A stretch of 64,000 bases of DNA, taken from Camelus ferus (taxonomy: Eukaryota). The position numbers and the translations under genes were made by a program. The notes beneath the pieces are model-generated. The model saw only the letters and a program-made list of their open reading frames with translations. It did no database searches and was not told where the DNA came from. Numbering within the stretch: position 1 is the first letter of the stretch; the number at the start of each line of letters is the position of its first letter. The DNA lies in NCBI RefSeq assembly GCF_009834535.1, contig NC_045697.1, positions 10,790,001-10,854,000 of the forward strand, read 5' to 3'. Shown here piece after piece: positions 47,461 to 59,490 of the stretch.

Positions 47461-50400
47461 ATGATTTAATTGCTCGGTGCTGCCCCCATGGCAGAGTGCC
47501 AGCGGGTCTGAGAAGCTGCACCTGTCATGGAGAATACCTCCTCCAGTTTCTCACCAGGCCCCAAACCTCCCTCAACAGCAGACAAATGCTGCCATGTCCC
47601 AGTAATAAGAATTAATTAAATGGATGTAGTTCTCAAAGCAACCCCTAGAAGTAGCTTTGGTTGGAGTATGATCATCTGAGTAAAATCAAGTCAGTTTTAC
47701 AGGAGAACTCAGGTAGTAAGCACTGGAGGTGGAACTAAAACCCAGGCCACTTGATTCTGGCCTGAAGGACCCAGGGAGGGAGGCTGGAGATGCCAAAGGT
47801 AGACTTTGCCAGTTTCTAACTTGGGCTAGAAAGAGTATCAACAATCGCCTGGATGGGGTGTCCCACCCATTTCCCCCTTGCCCGGGCATGGCAGGCATTA
47901 TTAATCGATGTGCTGGGACTCCAGCACTGTCACTGACACAGCGCTCCAGGCAACCACTACCATTTAAATGCTGTTCTGTGAAATCACACCTCGTTGCCAT
48001 CCCTACTTTGAAAAGTCAAAAACATCACTGCAGGTTCTTGGTCAAGAAAAGAAGCATAATGAGAGAAATACAAGAATATCCTTAGAGTACTTGGGCATTT
48101 TACTAAACTAGCTAAGCTCAGTTTCCTTATTTATAAAACGAGAATAATAGTGCTTGCTCCAGAAGGCTGCTGAAGGATTTAAAGCCATGACCCCCGCCTA
48201 ATATTTGGCGGGTGCCTGTTTCCTATCTTTGTTGTCAGTTCTAGTTGCCTCCTCGCAAAATCTGTAAGTACCAATGTAAGGAAAAGACAGATCTGGTCTC
48301 TAATTTGGTTCCCAACAGAGAACCAAATACACTCATTCATTCATCATTCGTTATTGAGCGGCTCCAATGTCCAGGCACCCTGTTGGACGTGGGAAATACA
48401 ATGCTGAACAGACAGTGGGGTTTGACGTCACCCTCTTGGGCTGATACCACCGTGTACCAGGGGACTGATAAGGGTTTTTCTTTACCCTCTGCTGCCAGTG
48501 ACTAGGACCCAAGCTGAAGACAAAGAAGTACAGAGTATGCCCTGTTGTAAAGAGAGATCCAACCCTGGGATCTGATGGCTCCTGCCAGGAATTACGTAGA
48601 GGTGGACAAAGCCGGCTTTACCACTGTTAGTCATGCTTTACCCCTTCAGCTCGGTGCAGGGCTGTTGGTCTTGCAGGGAGGAGAAGGACCCTTGCGTCCC
48701 CCAGAACCCCATGCCGTGGATGCTTTTAGAAACTCACGTAGGGATCAGAGATGTCTGATTACCATCTTGCTCCCCCATCGGTCGCTTGCTGAAGGGCAGC
48801 AGAAACCCGGTGCTGCCGTAAGGGCGGAGTGGACTGTGGTGATGTGTCATGTGGACAGTGGTGACATGTCACGTCTCCTAGAGGCACACATGATCAAAGA
48901 TCCCGTGAACTGCTTTTGCTTCTACATTCTTGAAGGCAAGAGGCTTGCTGGAGCCTTGTGTACCAGCAAGACAGGTACCTGGGAGGAAAAGAAGGAGACA
49001 AGCCCTTGCCCCCGTTTCCTCAGAGGGTGACCCGGAGGATGGAGAAGTGGTACTCATAGCCCTTCCGGCTCACTTGAGGGAAACAGAAGTTAGAGGGTGA
49101 GGCAGGTGCAGAGGGGCTCAGTGAGAGGACACCCACTCAGAAAGGGGGCTGGGCACCTCCCAGACACCACTGCCTCCAAAAGTATCTCTTCTCCTTGCTT
49201 CCCACTAACCCAGGGAGAGCAAGCCCAAAGAGAGGGAGAGAAAAGGGTTTTATGTTTCAGGACTGACCACCTTCAGGGCTCTGAGAAAAGAGTGGACCAC
49301 GCCCCAGCCTTCCCTCCTCATCCCTACACCTCAGTTGGGTAGTGGTGAAGAGGATGTAGAGAGAAGACTGGTTTTAAATTGGGTTTAAGTCTGAAGTTTG
49401 AAACTGGTTTGGGATTTTAATAACAGAATGTGCTTAGAAAATTATGGAATCTGTCCAAGATTCCTTGGACATGTCTGTTCCTAAAAGAGTTCAAAAGACA
49501 ATTTAATCAGTGTAACCGAAGGCAATGATTGTAGAAAAGTAGTTGCTTCAGGTTTCCTTGTTTCCTTCCCACCCAAAGGATGCTTCTGGTAACTGGTGTG
49601 TAATGAGTCATTGCAAAACCGAGTACCAGCTGTAGGTGGAGCTGTGCACCGTTTTCAGAACCGCATCATTTTGAGATGGGAGAAACCTGGAGCAGTTGAT
49701 GCTGAATTTTTGCTTTTTTGGGATTATCTGCAACACTGTAAAAATATGGCTTCCAAGGCAACAGAATCTCGGCGAGTCCAATTCAGGAGGTCTGTGTGAG
49801 TTCCGGTGATGAAGATACAGCCGGTCTCAGGCTGTGTTTGAGAACTGCTGCCCTCAGGGGGCTTCCAGCTCACCTGACATGGCCATGGGGAGACCGGCCA
49901 CCAATTCTGCCTGATGAGTTTACTTCCTATTCTCTTGCAGAAGCAGAATCTGTTAGTTACGTTTGTTCATGAGACCAAATGCCGTCCTCAAGAAGTTTAT
50001 ATGCTCCATTTTAAATGTCTATAAGTTGGGGCTGCCTCTTTTGATGACACCTTTGCTTTGGTGTTTGGAATAATCACAAAAGAAGACTCCAGGAGCTGAG
50101 GACAGCCAAGGAGTTTTGTTCTCCTTTTAGTTCTTTTTAAGTAAAACTTCAGAATCTGTACTTCTTCCTTTTCCTAGATGACTGCGTGGGGCAGTAGAGG
50201 AAATATCTTTATGTTTTCACATGGGTAGGGCTTTCTGAGCAAAGAAATCTAACACTTGGATGAAAGGACCAGTCTGGGAAGTTAAAGGATGATTGGAAAG
50301 CCCAGAGACCTCAGAAGGCTTCTTTCTCCATGTGTTTCATCTCAAAGGGGCATGATATCCTTGGTTATAAACTCCAGTTTGTCTTCTCTATCCCCTGGAG

Positions 50401-51012
50401 ACACTTATTTAAATTCCAAAGGGTAAAAATCCAGGAGCTTTCCCCTTCTTTTGCCAAAGGGAATACATACACATTAAGGAGATGAGGCTTCCCTCCCTCT
50501 CTCTGGAGTGTTGGGGGAGATATGCTCATACGCTCCCTGATTCATATCGTCAAGGTTCCTTCCCTGTGGTTGAGCATCTCCCTTTGTATGTACTTGGGGT
50601 TGGGGGGGGGCTCTCACTGCCTCAGCACAGGAGGGAGAAGAATGAAGTGTGAGGAAGTGAATGCAGGTATTGCTGTAAGTAAATAATAATGATCACCTTG
50701 ACCAGAAACTTTACATTTACATTCAGGATAATATAAAGAAATACAGGTATTAAAACCTTCTCAGCTGGGAGTCTGAAGAGTGAAATATTTTACTCACTGA
50801 TAGGGGCAGACAGCAGATGGGTTGCCTAGACTTACAGCTGAGTCCCTTTGAACACAGTGGTGTCATGTCTGATGTAGGAATGAGGTGGCAGTGAGAAGAC
50901 AACTTTTGACTCCGTTTTTTGTTTCCATCAGCAGAGCCCCTAATGATATCTAATCACTATCATCCTTTGCTTTTTGGGAGACATTTTGTGTTTACTTGGC
51001 ACATACAGCATT

Positions 51013-51050
51013 CAGGGGTGTGCTGGTGAGTGTTTAAACACCAGCTCTCG
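51013..51050. mobile_element. Isolated hAT (MER63-like) terminal fragment
   Basis: caggggtgtgctggtgagtgtttaaacaccagctctc resembles the MER63-type terminus as I recall it. The other end is not seen. Confidence 0.35.
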
Positions 51051-51071
51051 GGTTGGGGGGAGTGTCTTAAT

Positions 51072-51707
51072 TCCCCTCCGCTGATAACCATAAGTTTGTT
51101 CTCTATGTCTGTGAGTCTGTTTCTTTTTTACAGATAAGTTTATTTGTGTCTTTTCAGATTCCACATATAAGTGATATCCTGTGGTATTTTTCTTTCTCTT
51201 TCTGATTTACCTCACTTCGAGTGACAATCTCCAGGTCCATCCATGTTGCTGCAAATGGCATTATTTATTTATTTATTATGGCTGAGTAATATTCCAGTGT
51301 GTGTGTATATCTGTCTATCTATCTATCTATCTACATCTATATCTATATATATCTATCTCAAATCTTCTTTACACAGTCATCTGTTGATGCACATTTGGGT
51401 TGTTTTCATGTCTTGGCTATTGTAAATAGTGCTGTTGTGAACATTGGGGTGCATGTGTCTTTTTGAATTATATTTTCCAGATATTATATAAGTTACAGCT
51501 GTACAATACAGTGATTCATAATTTTAAGTCATACTCCATTTATAGTTATTATAAAATATTAGCTATAGTCCTTGTGTTATACAATATATCCTCATTGCTT
51601 ATTTGATGCATAATAGTTTGTATTTCTAAATCCCCTATTTCTATCTTGCCCCTCCCCTGCTCCCCAGTGGTAACCACTAGTTTGTTCTCTTATCTCTCTG
51701 AGTCTGT
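51072..51707 (-). mobile_element. Two abutting L1 3' UTR pieces (51072-51480 and 51481-51707)
   Basis: First piece is homologous to 31631-31830; second is homologous to 30810-31060. Neither has an intact tail or a visible TSD. Confidence 0.85.
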
Positions 51708-53011
51708 AACCCCTTCATTTTTTGAAGTAAATTCCTTAAATCAAAAGAACACTTGCTTCTTCTTGTATTCTTTCAGATGTTTTCAGAATGTGTTCATTCT
51801 TTAAGTAGTCACTTAGACATTGAGGTCAAATCGTGTGCTTATAAAGCTTGTGTTACCATTAGATATATAAAACCACTTTGATTTCAAATCTTTTCATAGG
51901 TCATCTTGGTGAGCTACATAAATGTGAGAGAAAAATAAGAGCGAAATTTCTTGGAGATTTGGCTCCTTTAAGTTCTCAGAGAAACTAACAAAAACAGCAT
52001 GCACCGTCATCTTCACTCCATGACAAGCAAACACTATTTCATGTCAGCTTTGGTGAGAACTTGGGCATTTCAACCCCTTGCTGGACAGAGAGGAAGACTG
52101 AGGCCCCGCGACCCACTCAAGGTGACTCAGTTAGCAGCAAAGGCAAGGCTCTGAGCATCGCAGCCCCCGCCCCCGGGTGCCTGCATCCCGTGCAGCTGGT
52201 CACAGTGCATTAGAGCAGGAGGAGGAACCACAACAAAAAAGGAACCATCAACTGAAAAACGGCTGAAAAGCAAAACAAATGCATCTGTGGCCTTTTAGCA
52301 AGCATCCTTTTGTTTGCAACAATAATCGTGCCTGGAAAACCATCATTTATCAATGTCTTAACTTTTCCATGGCTGCTTAGTCTTTCTGGAGCAAAAATCT
52401 TTAAGATATGTTTTAAAACTTTGCTTTTAGCTTTAATTACCTAACCATGTACCTCCATTGTTAGAACTGTGAAAGCTCTTTTTTTTTTTTTTTTTTTTTT
52501 TTCCTTTTTAAAATCAGAAATAGCTGGTGAACTAATGGTTGGGCTGGGCTGTATATCGAAGTGTTTAGAGAACAACTCCAGGCAAAGGATGATTCTGACT
52601 AGATAGCAAATTAACACGGACTGTGTCTCTCTCCCTTGAAAGCATCCTTTGAAGTGGGTGAAGCAATAGAGAAGGTCGGAGGGTGTGAATAAAACTGTGA
52701 TCAAATCCTGGAGAAAAAACAGTGGCTGGGCCACAATGTGGAGGGAAAGAGACAGCTCGGAGTGGAGAGAGTAAGCCCCGGGGGTGGAGGACCCTCTCGT
52801 ATTGGCTTCTCTCTTCTCTGTTTTCTGTCAGTGGAAACCAGGAACACGAGTTCAGCCCTGGCTGGGGACCACAGGGACTGTCACTCACAAGCAGTGGGGT
52901 GGGAAGCAAATGACTGCTGTGGACAAACCTCCTCTTCATTCCTCTCCAGATCAAGGCGGAGATGATTAGATTCTAAATTGTAGCACTCAGGACAGGGGTC
53001 CAGGAAGGTTC

Positions 53012-53480
53012 TTTGAAGGTTGAGGTGTGTCTCTTAAAATTCATATGTTGCAGTCCTAATCCTCAGTATCTCAAGATGGGACCTTATCTGGTCCCAAATG
53101 CAAATGCAATTAATTAAGATGAGGTGACACTGGAATAGAGTTCCAATCCATACTGGGCCCCTAACCAGTACGACTGGTGTCCTTATAAAGAGGGGATATT
53201 GGGCACAGGCAAACCCACACAGGGGGAGCACCATGCAAAAATTAAGGCAGAGATGGGTGGGAGGCTTCTACAAGCCAAGAAACATCAAATTGACCAGCAC
53301 ATCCCTAGAAGCCAGGGGAGAGGCATGGAACAGGTTCTTCCTCGTAGGTCTCAGAGGGAATCAACTTTGCCAACACTTGATCATGGACCTCTAGCCTCCA
53401 GAACTGTGAGACAATGAATTAATGTTGCTTAACCCACCAACTGTGGCCCTCTGTTAAGACAACCCTGGGAAATGAACACA
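53012..53480 (+). mobile_element. MLT1B/C-like (MaLR) solo LTR
   Basis: aaaattcatatgttgcagtcctaatcc...gactggtgtccttataaagagg...tctacaagccaag...tagcctccagaactgtgagacaat...aatgaacaca. Confidence 0.8.
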
Positions 53481-53659
53481 GAGGCCAGCGTTGCCTGGTG
53501 TGGAGGCAAATGGGAGAGACTGAGAACAGCATTCGGAGGCACGGTCTCCTCTCCTCTTTAAACTCACTAGGAGGCAGCTAGTAGACTGGATTTTAGCTTC
53601 TCCTCCTGTACAGATTCCCTGGGGAGGATGATATGAGAATCCACATAGCAACTCAGAGT

Positions 53660-54765
53660 CACGAACTGTTAGAACTAATGGGAAAGTTCAGTAATGTCAG
53701 CAGAGACTATTCAGGTGATAATGTCCTTCTGCACCAGTGATCAAAACTAGAAAACATAATGGAAAAGCACATAACTTTCACAATAGCAATAAAGCTATAC
53801 CATCTCTAAGAGTTTACTCAACAAAGAATGCACAAAAACTCTACAGAGAATAATTTAATTTTTTTAAAAAACACATACAAGCACTTGAAAATATGAGTGT
53901 ACCATTATGTTCATGATTGGGATGCCTTAAACTTGAAATGGAGTCAAAACTCCTAAAATTAATTCAGAAATTAAATGCAATTTTAAAAATTTCAGCTTTA
54001 TTTTTTGATAAGGTTGGCAGCCTCTCAGCTAATGTTATTTGCAGCTAATATTAAAAGCCCATGAGTAGCCAAGTCAATTTTTAAAAAAGGAGAGAAAATA
54101 AGGAGGAATTCCTTAGCAGGTATGAAGACCTACTACCTAACTGTAACAACAAAAACAGTGCTGGGGCAGGAATAGCCAGCTGCAGCAATGGAGCGAAACA
54201 ACGCCTAGCAGCAGATGCACATGTATCTAGGAACGTGATGTATAACACAGATGAGACAAATCAGTGGTGAAAGGACAGGTTCTTAAGAAGCTGATATTAG
54301 GAAATGGATTAATATTATATAGAAAATAAAGTGGGATCCCTACCTCACACCATACACAAAGGGGGAACTTACAGATAATTTGAGACTTAAATGTGAAACA
54401 TAAACTGGCAAGGTAGTGGAAAAATAGGAGAATTTTTGAATGGAATTAGTACCTCAGAAATACAAAGTGCTCGTGCAAATCAACAGGAAAAGGGCACAAA
54501 TACCAACACGGTGGTCAAAGAGGAGGGGAATCAGATTGGGAAATTCAAGGGGCTTACAAGTATAGAAAAGAGTTCAGTCTCACTCATAATCATAGGAATG
54601 CCCAATTTAAATAGTAATGAAATATCACATTACACCTGTCAGGTGGATAAAAATCAGACTGTCAGAGAACATTAAGTCCAGCAAGGATGGCAAGGATGCG
54701 GGGGAACAGGAAGCTTCACCTTTCCACTGATGGGAGGGGATCAACTTTCTGAGAGTAATCTGACA
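53660..54765 (+). mobile_element. Old L1 ORF2 3' fragment
   Basis: ttcacaatagcaa, gccaagtcaattttt, aaaacagtg...caggaatag, ggatccctacctcacaccatacacaaa: L1 ORF2 motifs, highly decayed. Confidence 0.7.
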
Positions 54766-55302
54766 AGTAATATGGCAGAACTCAGGAAGATACTTTTTAA
54801 GTTATAAAGCAAACAGATTTTTAATCAGAAATATAAACTTCTAAAAAGAATTTTTTTTTGCACAAAAATTATGCTGGAGGATAGCAACAGATTTCTATCA
54901 ACAGTTGTGAGCACCTCAGTGAATGGCGGAGGTCCGGGTTTAATCTTCGCTGGCAATGTGTTTTGGAGTTAGACCCTCTACCTCCAATTTTTGTGTTCTT
55001 TTTACTGTACTATGGACAACTTGCAGGCACTGTTAAAATCATTAATATCGTGAGACTGAATCCAGCCACAGCAGATGACCCCTGCAAACTGTCAGCTCAG
55101 ACTGAAAAGCTAGGCATACAGTGCTAAATAAAATATTGCTTTAAAAATTTCCTCTCATAAATATGATTAATATAATAATGACTTGTGAGGAAGGTATCTC
55201 AGTATTGATTGAGAAGATTCAAAGCTTGGATCTATTGGGGCAACATACTGATTCGTTTTTGTGTCTCTGGTACCCAGTTCCGTTTCTAAAATTAAGGGAC
55301 TT

Positions 55303-55463
55303 TTTTTTTTTTTGTATTTTCTTTAAAAAATTATTTACTTATTTATTGGTAGGGGAGGTAATTAGGTTTATTTATTTATTTTTAGAGGCAGTACTGGGGA
55401 TTGAACCCAGGACCTCCTCATGCTAAACATGTGCTCTACTGCTTGAACTATACTCTGTCCCCC
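55303..55463 (-). mobile_element. Vic-1-type SINE
   Basis: ggggaggtaattaggtttattt...gtactggggattgaacccaggacctc...ctctactgcttgaactatac. TSD attaagggactt (55291-55302) / atttagggactt (55464-55475). Confidence 0.88.
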
Positions 55464-55930
55464 ATTTAGGGACTTCTTAATCAGTTTTATTGAAGGAAGG
55501 GACGAGCAACTTGTTTCCAAAAATCATAGGAAGACATTTTTAGGGGGAGACAGTGACTTCAACTCCTTTTTCTCATCTGAGGATCCTTTTAGTCAAGAAA
55601 TGTATTTTGACCAACCATGTGTGGGAAAACGTACCAAGTGCATTACAGGCATCGCCTGGTTGAGTCCTCCCAAGGACGTGCAGAAGCTGTCAGATCCCTG
55701 TGGACAGAAGAACCCAGGCTTGGAAAGCTTAACTGCCTTGCTCATGGTCACACTGTAAGGTGTAGAGTAAGAAATTAAACCGAGTCTTCCAACTTCACAG
55801 ATACTAGGGGAACAACTACAAATGAGCCCACCCTTCATCATTATGGAAGCTGTGAAGGTAAATGGGATGCGCTTTCTTTCCTCAAGAATTAACATCTACT
55901 CAGCCAGTTAAAAACTATGGAGAGTCTGAC

Positions 55931-55999
55931 ATATTTTAGGCAAAGAATAAATATTTTAGGTAAAGAATTTTAGGTAAAGAATATTTTAGGTAAAGAATT
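55931..55999. repeat. Short tandem array, 4 copies of ttttaggtaaagaa with variable spacers
   Basis: Read directly. Confidence 0.9.
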
Positions 56000-56172
56000 G
56001 GTGTACAAGGTCACAAAAGGGAAGGTTTAATTCTCTCTGATTAAGGGTTGGCTTCTCAGAGATGGGGGCAGAGGAGCCAGGCTTTGAAAGATGAACAGAA
56101 TATGAACGTGCCCAGAGGCATTTTATGAGAGAGGATCAGCTTGTTGAAAGGCAGCTACAGAAAAGGGTGGGA

Positions 56173-56335
56173 TGGAGGGGAGGGTATAGCTCGAGTGGTA
56201 GAGCGCATGCTTAGTATGCAAGAGGTCCTAAGTTCAATCTCCAGTATCTCCTGCAAAAATAAATAAATAAATAAACCTAATTACCTCCCCTCAAACCCCC
56301 TCCCCACCTTCCCCCTGCCTAAAATAAAAAAAGAA
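56173..56335 (+). mobile_element. Vic-1-type SINE
   Basis: ggggagggtatagctcgagtggtagagcgcatgcttagtatgcaagaggtcctaagttcaatctccagta...aaacctaattacctcccc. TSD aaaagggtggg (56161-56171 / 56336-56346). Confidence 0.9.
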
Positions 56336-57014
56336 AAAAGGGTGGGGTATTTAAATCAAGAATAGTGGGGGTGGTTGGAAGTGAAGGACTGAATATAGAA
56401 AGGAATATGGGAAACTGAGAGGCATGTTCAGAGATGTGATAGTTAAATGTCTGAGATTCCATAACATCACTGAAGGAAATGCTTTGATACAAACATTCTA
56501 AACAAGGAGTCAAGGGCTTTGTGAACCCCCTGAAATTTTTGGCACAGTTGGGTAAGCACATGTGTGTGTATTTGTATGACAGAGAGTATGTGTGTGAAGG
56601 GGAGGGTCATATGAGTGTCATTTTCTGGGAAGAAGGACCATAGTCCATGGCTGATCATTGGTTCTCTGTAGGTTATGTCATCTATGAAAAGGTGAAGAGC
56701 CACTGCACGTGTGGTGAGAAAGCAAAGACGAGACTTTAGGAGTTATGTGGATAAAGTGAAGACAGCTAGAAGGATATTGTCAGAGAGAAGGACTGTGGAC
56801 ATCTACTACTCCAGAGGGCCAAGAGGGAAAGCTTAAGGCATGGGATGACTGGTCAACCATGGCTGACACATTTGAGAGTCTACTGGGTGTGATCATCTGT
56901 GCTCTCCCGGGTTACTGGTGAGATCACTGCAGGCTCTAATGGATGCTTTAAGTGATTAGGAGTAGTCAAGCTAATGCAATCACAACTGGAAACTGAATCC
57001 TGTTTAAAAATGGC

Positions 57015-57030
57015 CCACAAGATGGCACTA
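57015..57030 (+). promoter_or_regulatory. Candidate CTCF site
   Basis: CCACAAGATGGCACTA is a close match to the CTCF core. Motif only. Confidence 0.45.
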
Positions 57031-57684
57031 TGGGCCAATAAGAATATTCATCTGGCCTTCACAAGTGAAATATGTTTACCTTAGTCTCATTTGTCTTTAT
57101 TCTTTGCTAATATACTGCAGCTTGATCCCCTGCATTATTTGCCCATTAAAAATACTGGCATTTGGAAATAATATCCCTAATTTTCACTATTCATGCTTAC
57201 TCTTTATATAATCCTCAGTAGACTTTGGAAAACCTTCATTTGAATCTCAGTTCCAATACAGAAAGTTGGATCTAATCCCTAATTTACTAAAACCCCTCAT
57301 AAGGCTGTGTGCAGTCACTGCTGGCATTTATCGGTCCTTGGGGAGCTGTGAGATTGGGAAAGATGGAGGGGAAATAAAAGTGAAAGGAGAGGAAAGGGCT
57401 CTAAGTTTGATCAGAAAAGCAAAGAACATAAGCTTCAGCCATGATGGATCTGGCTAGGGAATAAAGCAGCCAGGAAACCCACGGAGGGACAATGTTGCTT
57501 TCAAGGGAGAGAATCTCATTATCCTGGGGGTCTATATTAGTTGGGACTTTCACGTGAAAATCTGCATTTTAAAAATTATCATTTTTGTGCAGAAAGAACA
57601 AATGGCTTGTATTAGGCACGAGGAAGAGGCATTAAAATATATCCTTTGGCCAAAGAAAACCGTAGTGCAACTTTACATTTATGC

Positions 57685-57880
57685 AGCACTTAATCCGCTG
57701 GCAAAGTGCTTTTATACCACCATCGTCTCGTTTGATTCTCAAAACCACCCAGGGGTGGGCCGTGTAACCAGCTCCACGTCTCATATCAGGATACTGAGAT
57801 TCAGAGAGGGTCAGAGGCTTGCTCAAGGATGCACAGCCCCTGACTAGAAGAGCTGGCATGAAAACCTAGGTCCTTGCTTT
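57685..57880 (-). mobile_element. MIR SINE
   Basis: tttgattctcaaaaccaccc...actgagattcagagagggtcagaggcttgctcaaggatgcacagc. Confidence 0.7.
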
Positions 57881-58029
57881 TTCAGTGTGTGCAATGGGGC
57901 TAATGACACCGACTGTTGCAGGGATCTGTTAAGCATAACCCAGTAATAAAGGTCCAGATGGAGAGTCAGTATGTGCTAGCTAGTTTCATTATTTAGAAAG
58001 AATAGGTTAAAATGCCTATTTCTAATGAT

Positions 58030-58380
58030 ATATATGCTAAGGGTCTTTGGTTGCAATGACAGAAACTAATTAACTATTAACAATCTGCTAAATTACCTCC
58101 CTTACCTCCCCCCACCCTACCACCCATTGTGCAAAAAGGGAACATACTGGGAGGACACAGAATAGATGCAGAATCAGAGGGAAAGCAGATGAGCCTGACT
58201 TTGGGAAGTATGGGATGTAGGAACAATTGAGATTGACCAACCTTGGGCCACATATCTACTCTGGAGCTGGGGGAATGAGGGTCCTCGATTGACAGCCCCT
58301 GCCAGGGCAGGGTGAGTTATCTGAAGGGGAAATTGAGGTGCTGTTGCAGAAGAAGAAGAATTAAGTGTCCAGCAGAAAAA
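58030..58380 (-). mobile_element. MLT1 (K-like) LTR fragment
   Basis: ctttggttgcaatgacagaaact...gattgaccaaccttgggccacat...ggaaattgaggtgctgttgc. Confidence 0.45.
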
Positions 58381-58454
58381 AACACTGGTTGTCACTGCAC
58401 AGGGTATTTCTAGAATGAAGACCTGAAACATCACTTTATGTAAAGCTAAAGCTA

Positions 58455-58625
58455 ATGACCTATATTTATTGAACGTCTATGTACCAAGTACTGTGATGTT
58501 TATTAACTCATTTAATTCTCTGACAACTCTATGAAGCAAATAATATTATTAGTCCCATTTTACAGGAAAAGACACTGAGGCACATTTGACCAGAGTGGCA
58601 GAGGTGAGTTTGAAACCCAGCTAGA
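58455..58625 (-). mobile_element. MIR SINE
   Basis: atttattgaacgtctatgtaccaag...taactcatttaattctctgacaactctatgaag...cccattttacagg. Confidence 0.7.
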
Positions 58626-58685
58626 GTTCATCACACCAGAAAACAACTGTCTTTAGCGGATTACTGTAAAAGTCAAAAGACTAAG

Positions 58686-58767
58686 TATTAGATGGAAACA
58701 CGAAATTGGTGATATTTAATCATTTTTGGCCTAGAAGAATGACAGCTTCCTTTGACTCCACCTATTA
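58686..58767. mobile_element. MADE2-like mariner MITE
   Basis: ~80-bp element tattagatggaaacacgaaattg...catttttggcctagaagaatgacagc...cacctatta with degenerate terminal inverted repeats and TA ends. Confidence 0.6.
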
Positions 58768-59423
58768 CACGTACCGCCTCCAGAACAGTGTCTGTAATAT
58801 AGTCAGGGCCCTGGGGTATCTTTCATTATTATTAGATGATCCTGCCTGCAGGCAAGTGGGCTTTAAAAACTAAAATTGCACGAGGCCATTGTTATTTAAA
58901 CTGGACTGGGTCGTGGTAAAAGCCCAGGAAGCTGTCCTTTGATTAGTGCTACGGTGAAGTTCCCCAAGGAGCAGGCTAGGCCTGGAGCTAGTGTTTTCCA
59001 TTTATGATCTCTGTGTGTCCTTCCCGCTTGCTTCTCCTCTTTTTTCTCTGACTCAAGACTTGTGCGAATTCTTTGGGGATGAGAGGAGAGCAAGAAGTCT
59101 TTGTTTTATGGCAGCACAACAGCATGTGCAGAAGCCCTTGACTCATCCTTTGGGGCTCAAGCCCCTACCCGCCTTGCCACATGCCCCCCGACCGCTTGCC
59201 CTCGCAGCTCTGCCTCTGGAACTACCCTGAAGAAATGGACCGCACCGACCCAGAGCTGGAAGGGTCTCTGGGAGCTGCTGAGCCCCACCTTTGAGCTTTT
59301 ATCAACAAGGAGACGCAGGCAGCTAATCCAACAGTTGCAAAAAAGATGGGGGGGGGGTGGACCACCACTAGGGAGCATAGCTGCCCACCAGCCAAGAGCC
59401 CTGTGAGCCTCTGTTCAGATGGG

Positions 59424-59490
59424 ACAGTTCTCTGCGGAGCCCAGAACACAGCTCCACAGTTCTCTGCGGAGCCCAGAACACAGCTCCACA
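59424..59490. repeat. Perfect 32-bp tandem duplication
   Basis: acagttctctgcggagcccagaacacagctcc at 59424-59455 and 59456-59487, followed by aca. Confidence 0.97.

Noticed and set aside
48750..50760. Possible ancient Gypsy-like LTR remnants
   Set aside because: Resemblance too vague to give a family or boundaries without a profile search.
45510..51780. Isolated splice-acceptor-like sites (~45524, ~49940, ~51777)
   Set aside because: No convincing paired donors or coding frame; cannot support exons without RNA data.
55931..55999. Four repeats with variable spacers
   Set aside because: Spacers are only a few AT bases; ordinary slippage array.
56177..56251. tRNA-Ala-like sequence that a tRNA scanner might call
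   Set aside because: Followed by the Vic-1 3' region and A-tail and flanked by a TSD, so it is a SINE head. The same applies to the other four copies.
59424..59490. 32-bp repeats of CRISPR-like length
   Set aside because: Only two adjacent copies, no spacers, no cas genes, mammalian context.
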